Source of the DNA: an uncultured Candidatus Saccharibacteria bacterium
GTDB lineage: Bacteria; Patescibacteriota; Minisyncoccia; Phycocordibacterales; CAIZLB01
Direction: 5' to 3'
DNA: 64,000 nt
Assembly (NCBI GenBank): GCA_964417855.1
Contig: CAYQJB010000001.1
Span: 166,709-230,708, forward strand
Below the pieces are notes generated by a model. It had not been told where the DNA came from and did no database searches. It worked only from the letters and a program-made list of their open reading frames with translations. Both the position numbers and the translations under genes were made by a program. Shown here one piece after another: positions 20,919 through 29,475 of the stretch; positions within the stretch are counted from its first letter, which is position 1; each line of letters begins with the position of its first letter.

Positions 20919-20920
20919 CA

Positions 20921-20994
20921 TGGTGCGGGATAAGGGAATCGAACCCTTGTCTACTGCTTGGAAGGCAGTCATTCTACCACTAAACCAATCCCGC
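20921..20994 (-). tRNA. tRNA-Gly (anticodon UCC), CCA encoded
   Basis: Manual fold of GCGGGAT...anticodon loop CUUCCAA...TTCGATTCCCTT...ATCCCGCACCA, with 7-bp acceptor stem and T-loop. The 3' CCA directly abuts the start of the downstream CDS. Confidence 0.85.
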
Positions 20995-21120
20995 TTACTT
21001 TTAAACTATACCAAAATTAGGATAAAAGTAAATACTTTTTATTTAATCGTGCTAAAATAGTATTAATAAGATATATTTTGATAGGAACAAATAATACTCA
21101 GGTAATCATTAAAACTCAAA

Positions 21121-22296
21121 ATGAACAACATTGAATTTATAATAAGCACCATTATGTCCCTTATAAAACAGGTTTTTATAATTATAGTTGCAGTTTTTAG
21201 TCTATTCACGTCAACACTTTCTATCAGCCCAACCATCCCCTCAGCGAGCAATTTAACAGGTACAACATCTGATTACACAAAAGAAAGGGCAAACAAAAAT
21301 ACGAATGATATAATCGCTGTTTTTAACCCACTTACACCAAAGGACGACATAATAAATACGTTAGATGGAGCGACAAAGAATATTAAACTCAATCTTTTGA
21401 ACCTTACAGCTCCAACCTATCAGGTGATTGATGTTCAAAACAACAAAACAACATCAAATATTCCCGAATCACCCAAAACCTCAACAACAATAGATGCTTT
21501 AACAAAACCTCAACAAACAGAGTCTGTTATATCGATAAAATCAAAAGGATCCGAAGAAAGCGTTATAAATATCAGATGTGAGAACAAGACCAAGAATACT
21601 CTAAAGGTAATAACTGGAAGTGGAATAATAATAAGCTCTTCTGGTTTAATTTTAACAGCAGCCCATGTTGCAGCACCAGTTTATGCACAACAACTTAATA
21701 ACTCATATAACTGTTATGCTCGAATAAACAATCCTGCCTCGGGGAAATACCCCCTTAAGGTAGTTTACATCGATCAAGCTTGGATAAATAAGTACTACTC
21801 TGTATTTGATAAGACTTACACAGAGACAGGTGAACATGATGTAGCAATTCTGAAAATAGATAATTCAAATTCTAAATTGACCCCAAGTGAAATAATTAAC
21901 CTTAATAATACTGCCTTTGCGGCCTTATCTACTGAAGTTCCAAGCGTTGGTCAATCTATTGTAATAAAATCTTACCCAGCTGATGTTTATGGCAAGTTAG
22001 GTGTCTTTACGGTGCTTCCAAGAAAGTCAGAAATAAATTCTATCGACAAGATTACAGACTTTAATGGAGGCCTAAGTAGTTTGGACCTAATAGAGACCTC
22101 ACCAAGCAACCTGGGGCAATCTGGGGCTTCAGGAGGGGGTATTTTTAACAACCAAGGACAACTGATTGGAATTATATCTAATATGATTTCATCCAATATT
22201 TTGTTTAAAAATAAAGTAAGAGCTACGTCTATTAGATATATGAACGATGAAATAACCAAAAATGGAGGGAGATCTATCTTCGAAGATAACCTATAG
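21121..22296 (+). CDS. Secreted or membrane-anchored trypsin-like (S1) serine protease
   Basis: N-terminal TM/signal; GSGIIISSSGLILTAAHVA (His context); GQSGASGGGIF (GDSGGP-like Ser motif). Confidence 0.6.
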   Translation: MNNIEFIISTIMSLIKQVFIIIVAVFSLFTSTLSISPTIPSASNLTGTTSDYTKERANKNTNDIIAVFNPLTPKDDIINTLDGATKNIKLNLLNLTAPTYQVIDVQNNKTTSNIPESPKTSTTIDALTKPQQTESVISIKSKGSEESVINIRCENKTKNTLKVITGSGIIISSSGLILTAAHVAAPVYAQQLNNSYNCYARINNPASGKYPLKVVYIDQAWINKYYSVFDKTYTETGEHDVAILKIDNSNSKLTPSEIINLNNTAFAALSTEVPSVGQSIVIKSYPADVYGKLGVFTVLPRKSEINSIDKITDFNGGLSSLDLIETSPSNLGQSGASGGGIFNNQGQLIGIISNMISSNILFKNKVRATSIRYMNDEITKNGGRSIFEDNL

Positions 22297-22651
22297 GTGC
22301 ATCGTTCTTTTTTTCATCAGCTTTTAGTCCGCCGCTATTAAATGCATCTAGAACAAATTTTTGCTGAATTTTAATCACAGTATCCCAATTGTCATCAGGA
22401 GATAGATTATTAGTCTTTTCATGACCACAAGTCTCACATCTATTTGTGACTCTATATTTATCTTTCTTTAGCTCTATCTTTATAGGTTTCATAAGACCTT
22501 GGCATTCTGAAAGTCTGTCACCGGGATTAATGTCAACGTGTTTACTCCATAAACAGTTTGAACAGTGATCTGTGTAACCATCCCCTTTTACCTCAACTCC
22601 ACATACTTCACATGTAAAGTTCTCTTTTTTCTTTGTGAATTTTTTACTCAT
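22274..22651 (-). CDS. RNHCP domain-containing zinc-ribbon protein
   Basis: FTCEVCG...GYTDHCSNCLWSKHVDINPGDR...RCETCGH matches the RNHCP family layout. Confidence 0.55.
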   Translation of the reverse strand: MSKKFTKKKENFTCEVCGVEVKGDGYTDHCSNCLWSKHVDINPGDRLSECQGLMKPIKIELKKDKYRVTNRCETCGHEKTNNLSPDDNWDTVIKIQQKFVLDAFNSGGLKADEKKNDAPIGYLRR

Positions 22652-22686
22652 ACGAATTTCTTTTCTTACTTATACTAAACTATTTG

Positions 22687-22759
22687 TCGGGGCGCCGGGA
22701 TTCGAACCCGGAGTCACTTGCTCCCAAAGCAAGCATGTTAGCCGTTACACCACGCCCCG
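22687..22759 (-). tRNA. tRNA-Pro (anticodon UGG), no encoded CCA
   Basis: CGGGGCG acceptor stem, anticodon loop UUUGGGA, GGTTCGAATCC T-arm. The track ORF 22635..22853 is an artefact across it. Confidence 0.85.
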
Positions 22760-22864
22760 ATTTGTAGAAATAGCATATCACACATATTTTATTTTTGCCA
22801 ATATTAGATGTTACATAAACATTAGCTTAGTCTGGTTTAAAAAAATAATGTAAAACACAGTCAA

Positions 22865-23476
22865 TTAGTTGAAAAGCGGCAAAACCTTAACCTTACAGCT
22901 CACAAGGTTTGTTTTTGTTACACGTGAACCAGAATGATGAAGACTTATACAAATACCGAGGAATTTAAGGCTTTCTTCCTTAATATCAAAGTCCATACAA
23001 TATTTTAAGGCCATCAATCTGACTTTTCTTAACTTCTCCTTCGTTAGGTTGATCTCTGGCTTCAGCCACTCCACACCCTTTCCGTCTCTAATAACACTTA
23101 TACTAGGGCCAAAAAGGTCGTCTCCCCCACTGTCTTGATTAGAAGGGATTCTAAGGGTTTTAACCTCGACTATGTAATAATAACCGTCTTTTTGCGCAAT
23201 TATATCAATCTCACCTATTTTATTCCTATAATTTCTATCAACTATCTGAAAACCGCGTTTTTCTAAAAAAACTACAGCTATACTCTCACCAAGATCACCA
23301 ACCTTCTTATTTGAATTGCTTTTATCCCCTTTGTCTATCACATCTTCTTTATTATGACTTTTAGATCTTATTCCGAGTTTTATTCTTGATTTGTCCTTTT
23401 TAGAACCCACCTTACTTACTTCCACACCCCTTCCTGTGTCAACTTTGTCCTTTTTTGATTGTTCTATTATGATCAT
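22865..23476 (-). CDS. YraN (UPF0102) family endonuclease-like protein with a K-rich N-terminal extension
   Basis: GDLGESIAVVFLEKRGFQIVDRNYRNKIGEIDIIAQKDGYYYIVEVKT is the YraN core, preceded by ~60 aa of Lys/Ser-rich low-complexity sequence. Confidence 0.65.
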   Translation of the reverse strand: MIIIEQSKKDKVDTGRGVEVSKVGSKKDKSRIKLGIRSKSHNKEDVIDKGDKSNSNKKVGDLGESIAVVFLEKRGFQIVDRNYRNKIGEIDIIAQKDGYYYIVEVKTLRIPSNQDSGGDDLFGPSISVIRDGKGVEWLKPEINLTKEKLRKVRLMALKYCMDFDIKEESLKFLGICISLHHSGSRVTKTNLVSCKVKVLPLFN

Positions 23477-23754
23477 TGTTTATTATTTATTACTATTAAC
23501 AAACGGATGATATACAAACCAGATGAAGAACCTATAAAGATTTATTAAAGAAAAGCAAAAGAAAAGATGTACTTTTTAAGAAAAGAGACAAAATATATAG
23601 ATCACCTTCAACCTAGTGTTTCTCATGAAACGTTGAAAATGAGGTTACAAACGGGTTAAACATACAAAAAAACACCATTTAGTAGCAAAATAAGGGTTTC
23701 ATAGGAAACACCCCGTATTATTGTCAAGAAAATAGCAATATTTTACTAAAAGAC

Positions 23755-23886
23755 AGTGGATAGCCACTTATCCACACAATTAAACCTTATTTATAGCCAT
23801 ATATTGCGTTTTTCCTTATAAAATAGCATTTCTGTATAAGCCTGATTTCTATGTCTTTTATACACATATCCACGGAGTTATCCACA
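23755..23886. promoter_or_regulatory. Cluster of four DnaA-box-like 9-mers (two perfect TTATCCACA)
   Basis: Perfect boxes at 23768-23776 and 23878-23886. A 7/9 box at 23866-23874 and an inverted 7/9 box at 23755-23763. All lie in a 500-bp ORF-free region between yraN-like and the tRNA pair. Confidence 0.5.
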
Positions 23887-23991
23887 GTCTAGGACATTTT
23901 ATAAGTCACTTAGGGACAAAAATGCCGTCTCATACCAATCTTAACTACACCGCAATAACCAACCATTCTTTATGATCTAACTATCAAATTG

Positions 23992-24062
23992 TGCGGGTAG
24001 GGAGAATCGAACTCCCGTCTCGTCCTTGGCAAGGACGCATTCTACCACTAAACCATACCCGC
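23992..24062 (-). tRNA. tRNA-Gly (anticodon GCC), no encoded CCA
   Basis: GCGGGTA acceptor stem, anticodon loop UUGCCAA, GGTTCGATTC T-arm. Confidence 0.85.
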
Positions 24063-24103
24063 ATATTATTTTGCTTTATTATTATAACACTAAATTATAA
24101 TTG

Positions 24104-24175
24104 TGCACCCGCCAGGACTCGAACCTGGAATAACGGTTCCGAAGACCGTTGTGATATCCATTTCACCACGGGTGC
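24104..24175 (-). tRNA. tRNA-Arg (anticodon UCG), no encoded CCA
   Basis: GCACCCG acceptor stem, anticodon loop CUUCGGA, GGTTCGAGTCC T-arm. The track ORF 23991..24191 is an artefact across both tRNAs. Confidence 0.8.
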
Positions 24176-24256
24176 ATATTCCATATCCTGATCACCACTG
24201 AGACAGTCTACATCATAGATAGCAAAAAATCAAAAGGTGTACTAATATTCTATATA

Positions 24257-25783
24257 ATGACTACTAAAGACATAAACAATAATCCAATAAAAGAACTGAG
24301 TAACAAACTACTAAAAAAAATAGACCAGGGTAGTGTTCCTGCCTATATACAGAATATCGTCATCAAACTGCAGGAAGCGGGCTTTTCAGCTTATTTAGTA
24401 GGGGGTTGTGTAAGAGACCTGATATTAAAGAAACAGCCAAAAGACTGGGATATTACAACAAGCGCAAAACCTGAAGATATAATCAAAACTTTTGAAGAGA
24501 CATTTTATGAAAATGACTTTGGAACTGTTGGTATAAAAATAAGAAAAGGGACAGGGGAGACAGAAATAGTAGAAGTTACACCCTATAGAACAGAAGGTGA
24601 TTACTCAGATAGCAGACATCCTGATGAGGTAACTTTCAGCAGTAATATAAAGGACGACCTTCTGAGAAGAGACTTTACAATTAACGCAATGGCATATGAT
24701 TCAGTAAAAGACACTATAGTTGATGAGTTTGAGGGTTTAAAGGACATAAAAGACAAGGTCATAAGGGCAGTAGGAGACCCAGTTAAACGATTTCACGAAG
24801 ATGGACTCAGATTGATTAGGGCGGTTCGTTTTGCTGCCGAATTAGGTTTCATGATTAACATAGACACACAAGAAGCTATCATATCGGAATCCGGGGTTCT
24901 TAAGAAAATTGCAACAGAAAGGATTAGGGAAGAATTCGATAAATTACTTATGTCTAAACAGCCTGCCTTAGGTATAGCGATGGCTCAAAAGCTTGGTTTG
25001 TTGAGTATTTTCTGCCCAGAACTTGAGGGAGCGGTTCATGTGAAACAAAACCAAGCCCATTCTTATGATGTTTTTGAGCATCTCTTGAGGAGTTGTCAGT
25101 GTGCTGCGGACAAAAATTGGAGGCTGGAGATAAGATTAGCTGCTTTATTCCACGATATTGGAAAGCCACCAACAAAAAGGGGTAGTGAAACAAGTGATAT
25201 AACCTTTTATGGACATGAGGTTGTTGGCGCTAAAATGTCTAAAGTTATATTAGAAAGGATGAAGTATCCAACAAAAGTTATTACAGTTGTTACAAAACTG
25301 ATCCGTTGGCACATGTTTTTCTCGGATACTGAACAAATAACACCCTCAGCTGTCCGAAGAATGATAGCAAATGTTGGCAAGGAATACATTTGGGACTTAG
25401 TAGACCTAAGAATTTGCGACCGTGTAGGAACGGGAAGACCCAAGGAAAACCCTTACAGACTTAGAAAATACAGGGCTCTTATTGAGGAGGTGATGATGGA
25501 CCCAATTGATGTGGGGATGCTTAAAATTGATGGAAATACGCTGATTAAGGAATTAAACATACCAGCAGGGCCAATTATAGGACTAATTTTAAATGCTTTA
25601 CTTGAGGAGGTTCTAGAGAAACCAGAACTTAACACACAAGAGTACCTTACAAAAAGGGCTATAGAAATTTCTATGTTTCCCATGAAACAACTCAAGGAAC
25701 TATCTGAAAAGGGGGTATTAAGAAAAAAAGACCTAGAAAATGAGCAAATAGAGGAAATCAGAAAAAAGCACGATATTAGATAG
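24257..25783 (+). CDS. cca: CCA-adding tRNA nucleotidyltransferase with HD domain
   Basis: PolyA-polymerase head domain (AYLVGGCVRDLIL...DWD), followed by an HD domain (LFHDIGKP...GHE...). Confidence 0.85.
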   Translation: MTTKDINNNPIKELSNKLLKKIDQGSVPAYIQNIVIKLQEAGFSAYLVGGCVRDLILKKQPKDWDITTSAKPEDIIKTFEETFYENDFGTVGIKIRKGTGETEIVEVTPYRTEGDYSDSRHPDEVTFSSNIKDDLLRRDFTINAMAYDSVKDTIVDEFEGLKDIKDKVIRAVGDPVKRFHEDGLRLIRAVRFAAELGFMINIDTQEAIISESGVLKKIATERIREEFDKLLMSKQPALGIAMAQKLGLLSIFCPELEGAVHVKQNQAHSYDVFEHLLRSCQCAADKNWRLEIRLAALFHDIGKPPTKRGSETSDITFYGHEVVGAKMSKVILERMKYPTKVITVVTKLIRWHMFFSDTEQITPSAVRRMIANVGKEYIWDLVDLRICDRVGTGRPKENPYRLRKYRALIEEVMMDPIDVGMLKIDGNTLIKELNIPAGPIIGLILNALLEEVLEKPELNTQEYLTKRAIEISMFPMKQLKELSEKGVLRKKDLENEQIEEIRKKHDIR

Positions 25784-25855
25784 AGTTTAACCATTACCCA
25801 AATTCAAAACAAGTAACTAGACAATAAGGTGCATACTCAATAAATACAAACTAAC

Positions 25856-25886
25856 AAAAATACCGCTCTATAGGCGGTATTTTTGT
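25856..25886 (+). terminator. Rho-independent terminator after cca
   Basis: ATACCGC-TCTATAG-GCGGTAT stem-loop flanked by AAAA/TTTTT. Confidence 0.7.
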
Positions 25887-26382
25887 TAGTTTTTTAAAAT
25901 GTAAAACTCTTTATAGAAAGAGCCTCAGTACTGGACGCAACAAGGTTATAGTTATTATGATGCGGCCGTACTAAGGCCCTCGAAACAAGTGTGGGAAACG
26001 AAACAAGTAGAAACGATTGAGAAAATTGAGATATTTATTTAATTGTTGTGGGTTGTCTCTATGATTATGGGGTAGGCCAGTGTAAGTCCTGTATTCTCCA
26101 TTTAAATGTGATGCCCAGATTAGAGCTCACTAAGCTAATTTTGGGAGAATTTAAAATGTCCTTTATTACCAACCAATCCGTATCATTAAGACTTCCTCAA
26201 AGAACTATTTGACCCGATGTTGGGCCGCTCATCTGTCCTTTATTCTAATTCATATTAAAGACATGTAAAGGACATTATCGTAAATTCTTGTGGATAACTT
26301 TTTATTTATTTATTATTTCATTCTGACCGCTATGATAAAGGACATTCTAGTGTTAAATATTTTGTGAAATTATTTAATTATT

Positions 26383-27210
26383 CTACTGAAATAAGTTATC
26401 CACAACTAATTTTACTGGGCAGTGATCTGAACCTGTAAAATCATCTTCTATTGTGCATGATTTTATTTGATTCATAATTTTCTTCGATACAAAAAAATAA
26501 TCTATTCTCCATCCAACGTTTCTTTCTCGAGCAAACGTTTTCATGTCCCACCAAGTATAAGCGTCTATTTTATGTGGGTGTAACTCCCTAAAAACATCTA
26601 CATACCCAGCTTCAATGAATTTATCAATCCAAATTCTCTCTTCAGGTAAAAATCCTATACTTTTTTTGTTTTGTTTCGGTCTAGCTAAGTCTATTTCCTC
26701 ATGAGCCACATTAACATCACCACAAAAAACAACACTTAAGCCTTTGTTTGTAAGCTTTTTACAGTATTTCAAAAATTCTTTGTAAAAATCAAGTTTATAC
26801 TGAAATCTCTCTGGGGCGCCCCCTCCATTTGGAAAATAGCAGTTAATTAGTGCCCACTTATCAAAAATCAAACATATCATTCTACCTTCCTGATCCATCT
26901 TTGGTATTCCAAACCCATACTCAATTTTATTTGGAGTTGTTAATATGTCCTTCATATATATTGCTATTCCACTGTATCCTTTTTTGAGTTTAGAATGATC
27001 AAAATAACTAACGTAACCTTTAGGGTTTAGTATTTTTTCATCTAACTGATCTACGTGTACCTTGGTCTCTTGCATACACATAAAATCTGTGTTCTGTTGC
27101 ATAATTAACTCAAAAGACCCCTTTCTGTGTATAGCTCTTAAACCATTTACGTTCCATGAAATTATACTTAATTGTTTTTTCATTTTATTAAAGACATTAT
27201 TTTTAATCAT
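26383..27210 (-). CDS. xth: Exodeoxyribonuclease III
   Basis: LSIISWNVNGLRA start; ExoIII catalytic motifs; 275 aa. Confidence 0.9.
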   Translation of the reverse strand: MIKNNVFNKMKKQLSIISWNVNGLRAIHRKGSFELIMQQNTDFMCMQETKVHVDQLDEKILNPKGYVSYFDHSKLKKGYSGIAIYMKDILTTPNKIEYGFGIPKMDQEGRMICLIFDKWALINCYFPNGGGAPERFQYKLDFYKEFLKYCKKLTNKGLSVVFCGDVNVAHEEIDLARPKQNKKSIGFLPEERIWIDKFIEAGYVDVFRELHPHKIDAYTWWDMKTFARERNVGWRIDYFFVSKKIMNQIKSCTIEDDFTGSDHCPVKLVVDNLFQ

Positions 27211-28147
27211 TCTTCTCCTTACGTCCGTGAAAGTTTTTGTGTATGTCTTTTAGGTGTTTGTCTGTTACGTGTGTATATATTTGTGTCGTGACAATACTTG
27301 CATGCCCCAGAAGAGCTTGCACAGAGCGTAAATCGGCTCCATTTTGCAATAAATCTGTTGCAAAGCTGTGTCTTATAACGTGAGGTGTTACTTTTTTGGA
27401 AACCCCAGCACTTATTGAATGGTGTTTAACAAGTCTTTCAACAGACCTTGGTGTTATATCAAACATCAATCCACTTGTAATATCAACTCGCTTCTTTAAA
27501 TACTCCCTCAACGCCTGTTTTGCTGTCTCAGACATAAAAACCACTCTGACCTTGTCTCCCTTACCTCTAATTGAGAATTCGTCTTTATTCAAATCAAGAT
27601 CCCTGGGCACGGAACATAATTCTGAGACACGAAGCCCTGTTGAAAACAGAAGCTCCATTATAGCCTTATCTCTTAGCCTCTTTTTTTCATCTTTCTCATT
27701 ATCTGGAGATTTCAGTATTCTTTCGAGCTCTTCTATTGAAATATGGTCAATTTGCCTCTCCGGGACCTTAGCAAGCTCTATATTATCAGGAGATAATATC
27801 TGTAGACCTCTTTTAGCCATATACTTTAAATAAGCCCTTAAGGCAATAAGGTAGTAGTTTTGAGTCCTTTTTTTAATAAAACTAGTGCCTGTTTTTGTTG
27901 CAAATGAACGCCTGTTTAGGAAAAGCCTGTATTCTCTTAGTTTTTCCTCAGTTATGTCTGATGGGCAATCTGATTTAAGAAATTCTAGAAAAAGATCGAG
28001 ATATCGATTATAGTTATCGACTGTTTTTAAACTCCTACCTTTTTCAATCTCTGTATATTCTAAAAAGTGGCGTTTTAAAGTCCCCAAACTCGATTTTACA
28101 TCGGTCTGGCCACCAAACTTATCATCAACAGAGTTATTGTGCGACAT
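27203..28147 (-). CDS. XerC/XerD-family tyrosine site-specific recombinase
   Basis: C-terminal catalytic region HVIRHSFATDLLQNGADLRSVQALLGHASIVTTQIYTHV contains the R...HxxR...Y motif. It overlaps the start of xth by 8 nt. Confidence 0.85.
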   Translation of the reverse strand: MSHNNSVDDKFGGQTDVKSSLGTLKRHFLEYTEIEKGRSLKTVDNYNRYLDLFLEFLKSDCPSDITEEKLREYRLFLNRRSFATKTGTSFIKKRTQNYYLIALRAYLKYMAKRGLQILSPDNIELAKVPERQIDHISIEELERILKSPDNEKDEKKRLRDKAIMELLFSTGLRVSELCSVPRDLDLNKDEFSIRGKGDKVRVVFMSETAKQALREYLKKRVDITSGLMFDITPRSVERLVKHHSISAGVSKKVTPHVIRHSFATDLLQNGADLRSVQALLGHASIVTTQIYTHVTDKHLKDIHKNFHGRKEKND

Positions 28148-28271
28148 GCTTAAATTATATCACCTATATTAGACTGTACAAACCTATTGTACCAACAAGA
28201 CTACTGAGAATAGCCCTGAACACACAAAAACACTTGCCTGCAATGTTCTTTTGTGATATTATCTCAAAACC

Positions 28272-28550
28272 ATGTTAACCAAGACAAAGAAACAAAAAAT
28301 TATAAAAGAAGTGCAGATTCACGCAACTGATACAGGAAGCGCTGAGGCACAGATTGGAATTTTAAGTAAAAGAATTGAAGAATTAACAAAACACCTTAAG
28401 ATTCATGCTAAAGATAACCACTCAAGAAGAGGGCTTCTTCAAATGGTTGCAGACAGACAAACACTTCTAAAGTATTTGCAAAAAAAGAACTCTGCTAGAT
28501 ACGATGTTGTAATCAAGAAACTTGATTTAAAGAAAAAGTCAGCCAACTAA
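28272..28550 (+). CDS. rpsO: 30S ribosomal protein S15
   Basis: 92 aa; ...DTGSAEAQIGILSKRIEELTKHLKIHAKDNHSRRGLLQMVADRQTLLKYL. Confidence 0.95.
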   Translation: MLTKTKKQKIIKEVQIHATDTGSAEAQIGILSKRIEELTKHLKIHAKDNHSRRGLLQMVADRQTLLKYLQKKNSARYDVVIKKLDLKKKSAN

Positions 28551-28759
28551 GCATCTAGTCTAGACAATATATAAAAACGCTTTCGTCTTTATATATTTTA
28601 CAAACTCCGTCAGATTCTATATTTTTTAAATAAGCTACCCAGTCAACATTAGGACAATTTTTAAATAATTTTTATAAATAGTTTCATTTGGGCTCATGGT
28701 ATTTTAATAAAACACACTTAGACCATATTAAATGGTTCATTTTAAGCATAATTTAAGAC

Positions 28760-29467
28760 ATGACAGTAATTAAACACAAACAACAACGTGTTGGAGTTTT
28801 TATTGATACACAAAATCTTTATCACAGCGCAAAGAATCTTTATCATGCGCGAGTAAACTTTGGGGCAATAATGAAGGAAGCTGTAGCGGGTAGATCATTA
28901 ATAAGAGCGATAGCCTACGTTATAACAACAGAAAGTGGTGATGAAACCAATTTTTTTGATGCACTTGGTAAGCTAGGGATAGAAACGAAAACTAAAAATC
29001 TTCAAATTTTTAGTGGGGGAGCAAAAAAGGGGGATTGGGATGTAGGTTTGGCGGTGGATGCAATTAAACTAGCACCAAAATTAGATACAGTTATTATTGC
29101 TTCTGGCGATGGAGATTTTTGTCCCTTAGTTGAATATCTACAAACAAACGAGGGTTGCCAAGTAGAAGTTATTTCTTTTGGAAAATCTTCTTCTCAAAAA
29201 CTAAAGGAAGTAGCTGATGACTTTATCGACATGTGTGACAGTCCTTCAAAATACGTTATGATGCAGAACTCACAACAAAACACCGGAGAGAGGGGTAATA
29301 GGCAAGAGAGACCTAATAAAGAGATTCAAACGAGACCAAAGAATAATCCTGCACCAAAAAAACAATCAAAAAACTCTAACGAAAACAAACCTATTACCAC
29401 AAACACAAGAAAGGATTTTGATTTTTTTGACCCTGAAGAAAGACCAGATTCAAAATTTGATATATAA
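28760..29467 (+). CDS. NYN-domain (LabA-like) protein with disordered C-terminal tail
   Basis: VGVFIDTQNLYHSAK...DWDVGLAVDAIKLA...IIASGDGDFCPLVEYLQ is the NYN/LabA PIN-like signature. Confidence 0.7.
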   Translation: MTVIKHKQQRVGVFIDTQNLYHSAKNLYHARVNFGAIMKEAVAGRSLIRAIAYVITTESGDETNFFDALGKLGIETKTKNLQIFSGGAKKGDWDVGLAVDAIKLAPKLDTVIIASGDGDFCPLVEYLQTNEGCQVEVISFGKSSSQKLKEVADDFIDMCDSPSKYVMMQNSQQNTGERGNRQERPNKEIQTRPKNNPAPKKQSKNSNENKPITTNTRKDFDFFDPEERPDSKFDI

Positions 29468-29475
29468 TAATATTA

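Noticed and set aside
20919-20972. N-terminal extension MTAFQAVDKGSIPLSRT of the C39-like peptidase ORF
   Set aside because: It overlaps tRNA-Gly(UCC) on the same strand. The real start is most plausibly MMRIKIY immediately after the tRNA.
22635-22853. Track ORF (72 aa) containing GAPGFEPGVTCS
   Set aside because: It is a translation across the minus-strand tRNA-Pro gene (GGTTCGAATCCCGG reads as ...GFEPG...).
23991-24191. Track ORF (66 aa) MRVGRIELPSRPWQGRILPLNHTRI
   Set aside because: It spans the tRNA-Gly(GCC) and tRNA-Arg(UCG) genes on the opposite strand; a classic tRNA-derived pseudo-ORF.
27203-28147. Xer-family recombinase as evidence of an integrated mobile element
   Set aside because: It sits in a housekeeping context (xth, rpsO). 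No flanking direct repeats, phage or transposase genes were seen, so it is most likely the chromosomal dimer-resolution recombinase.
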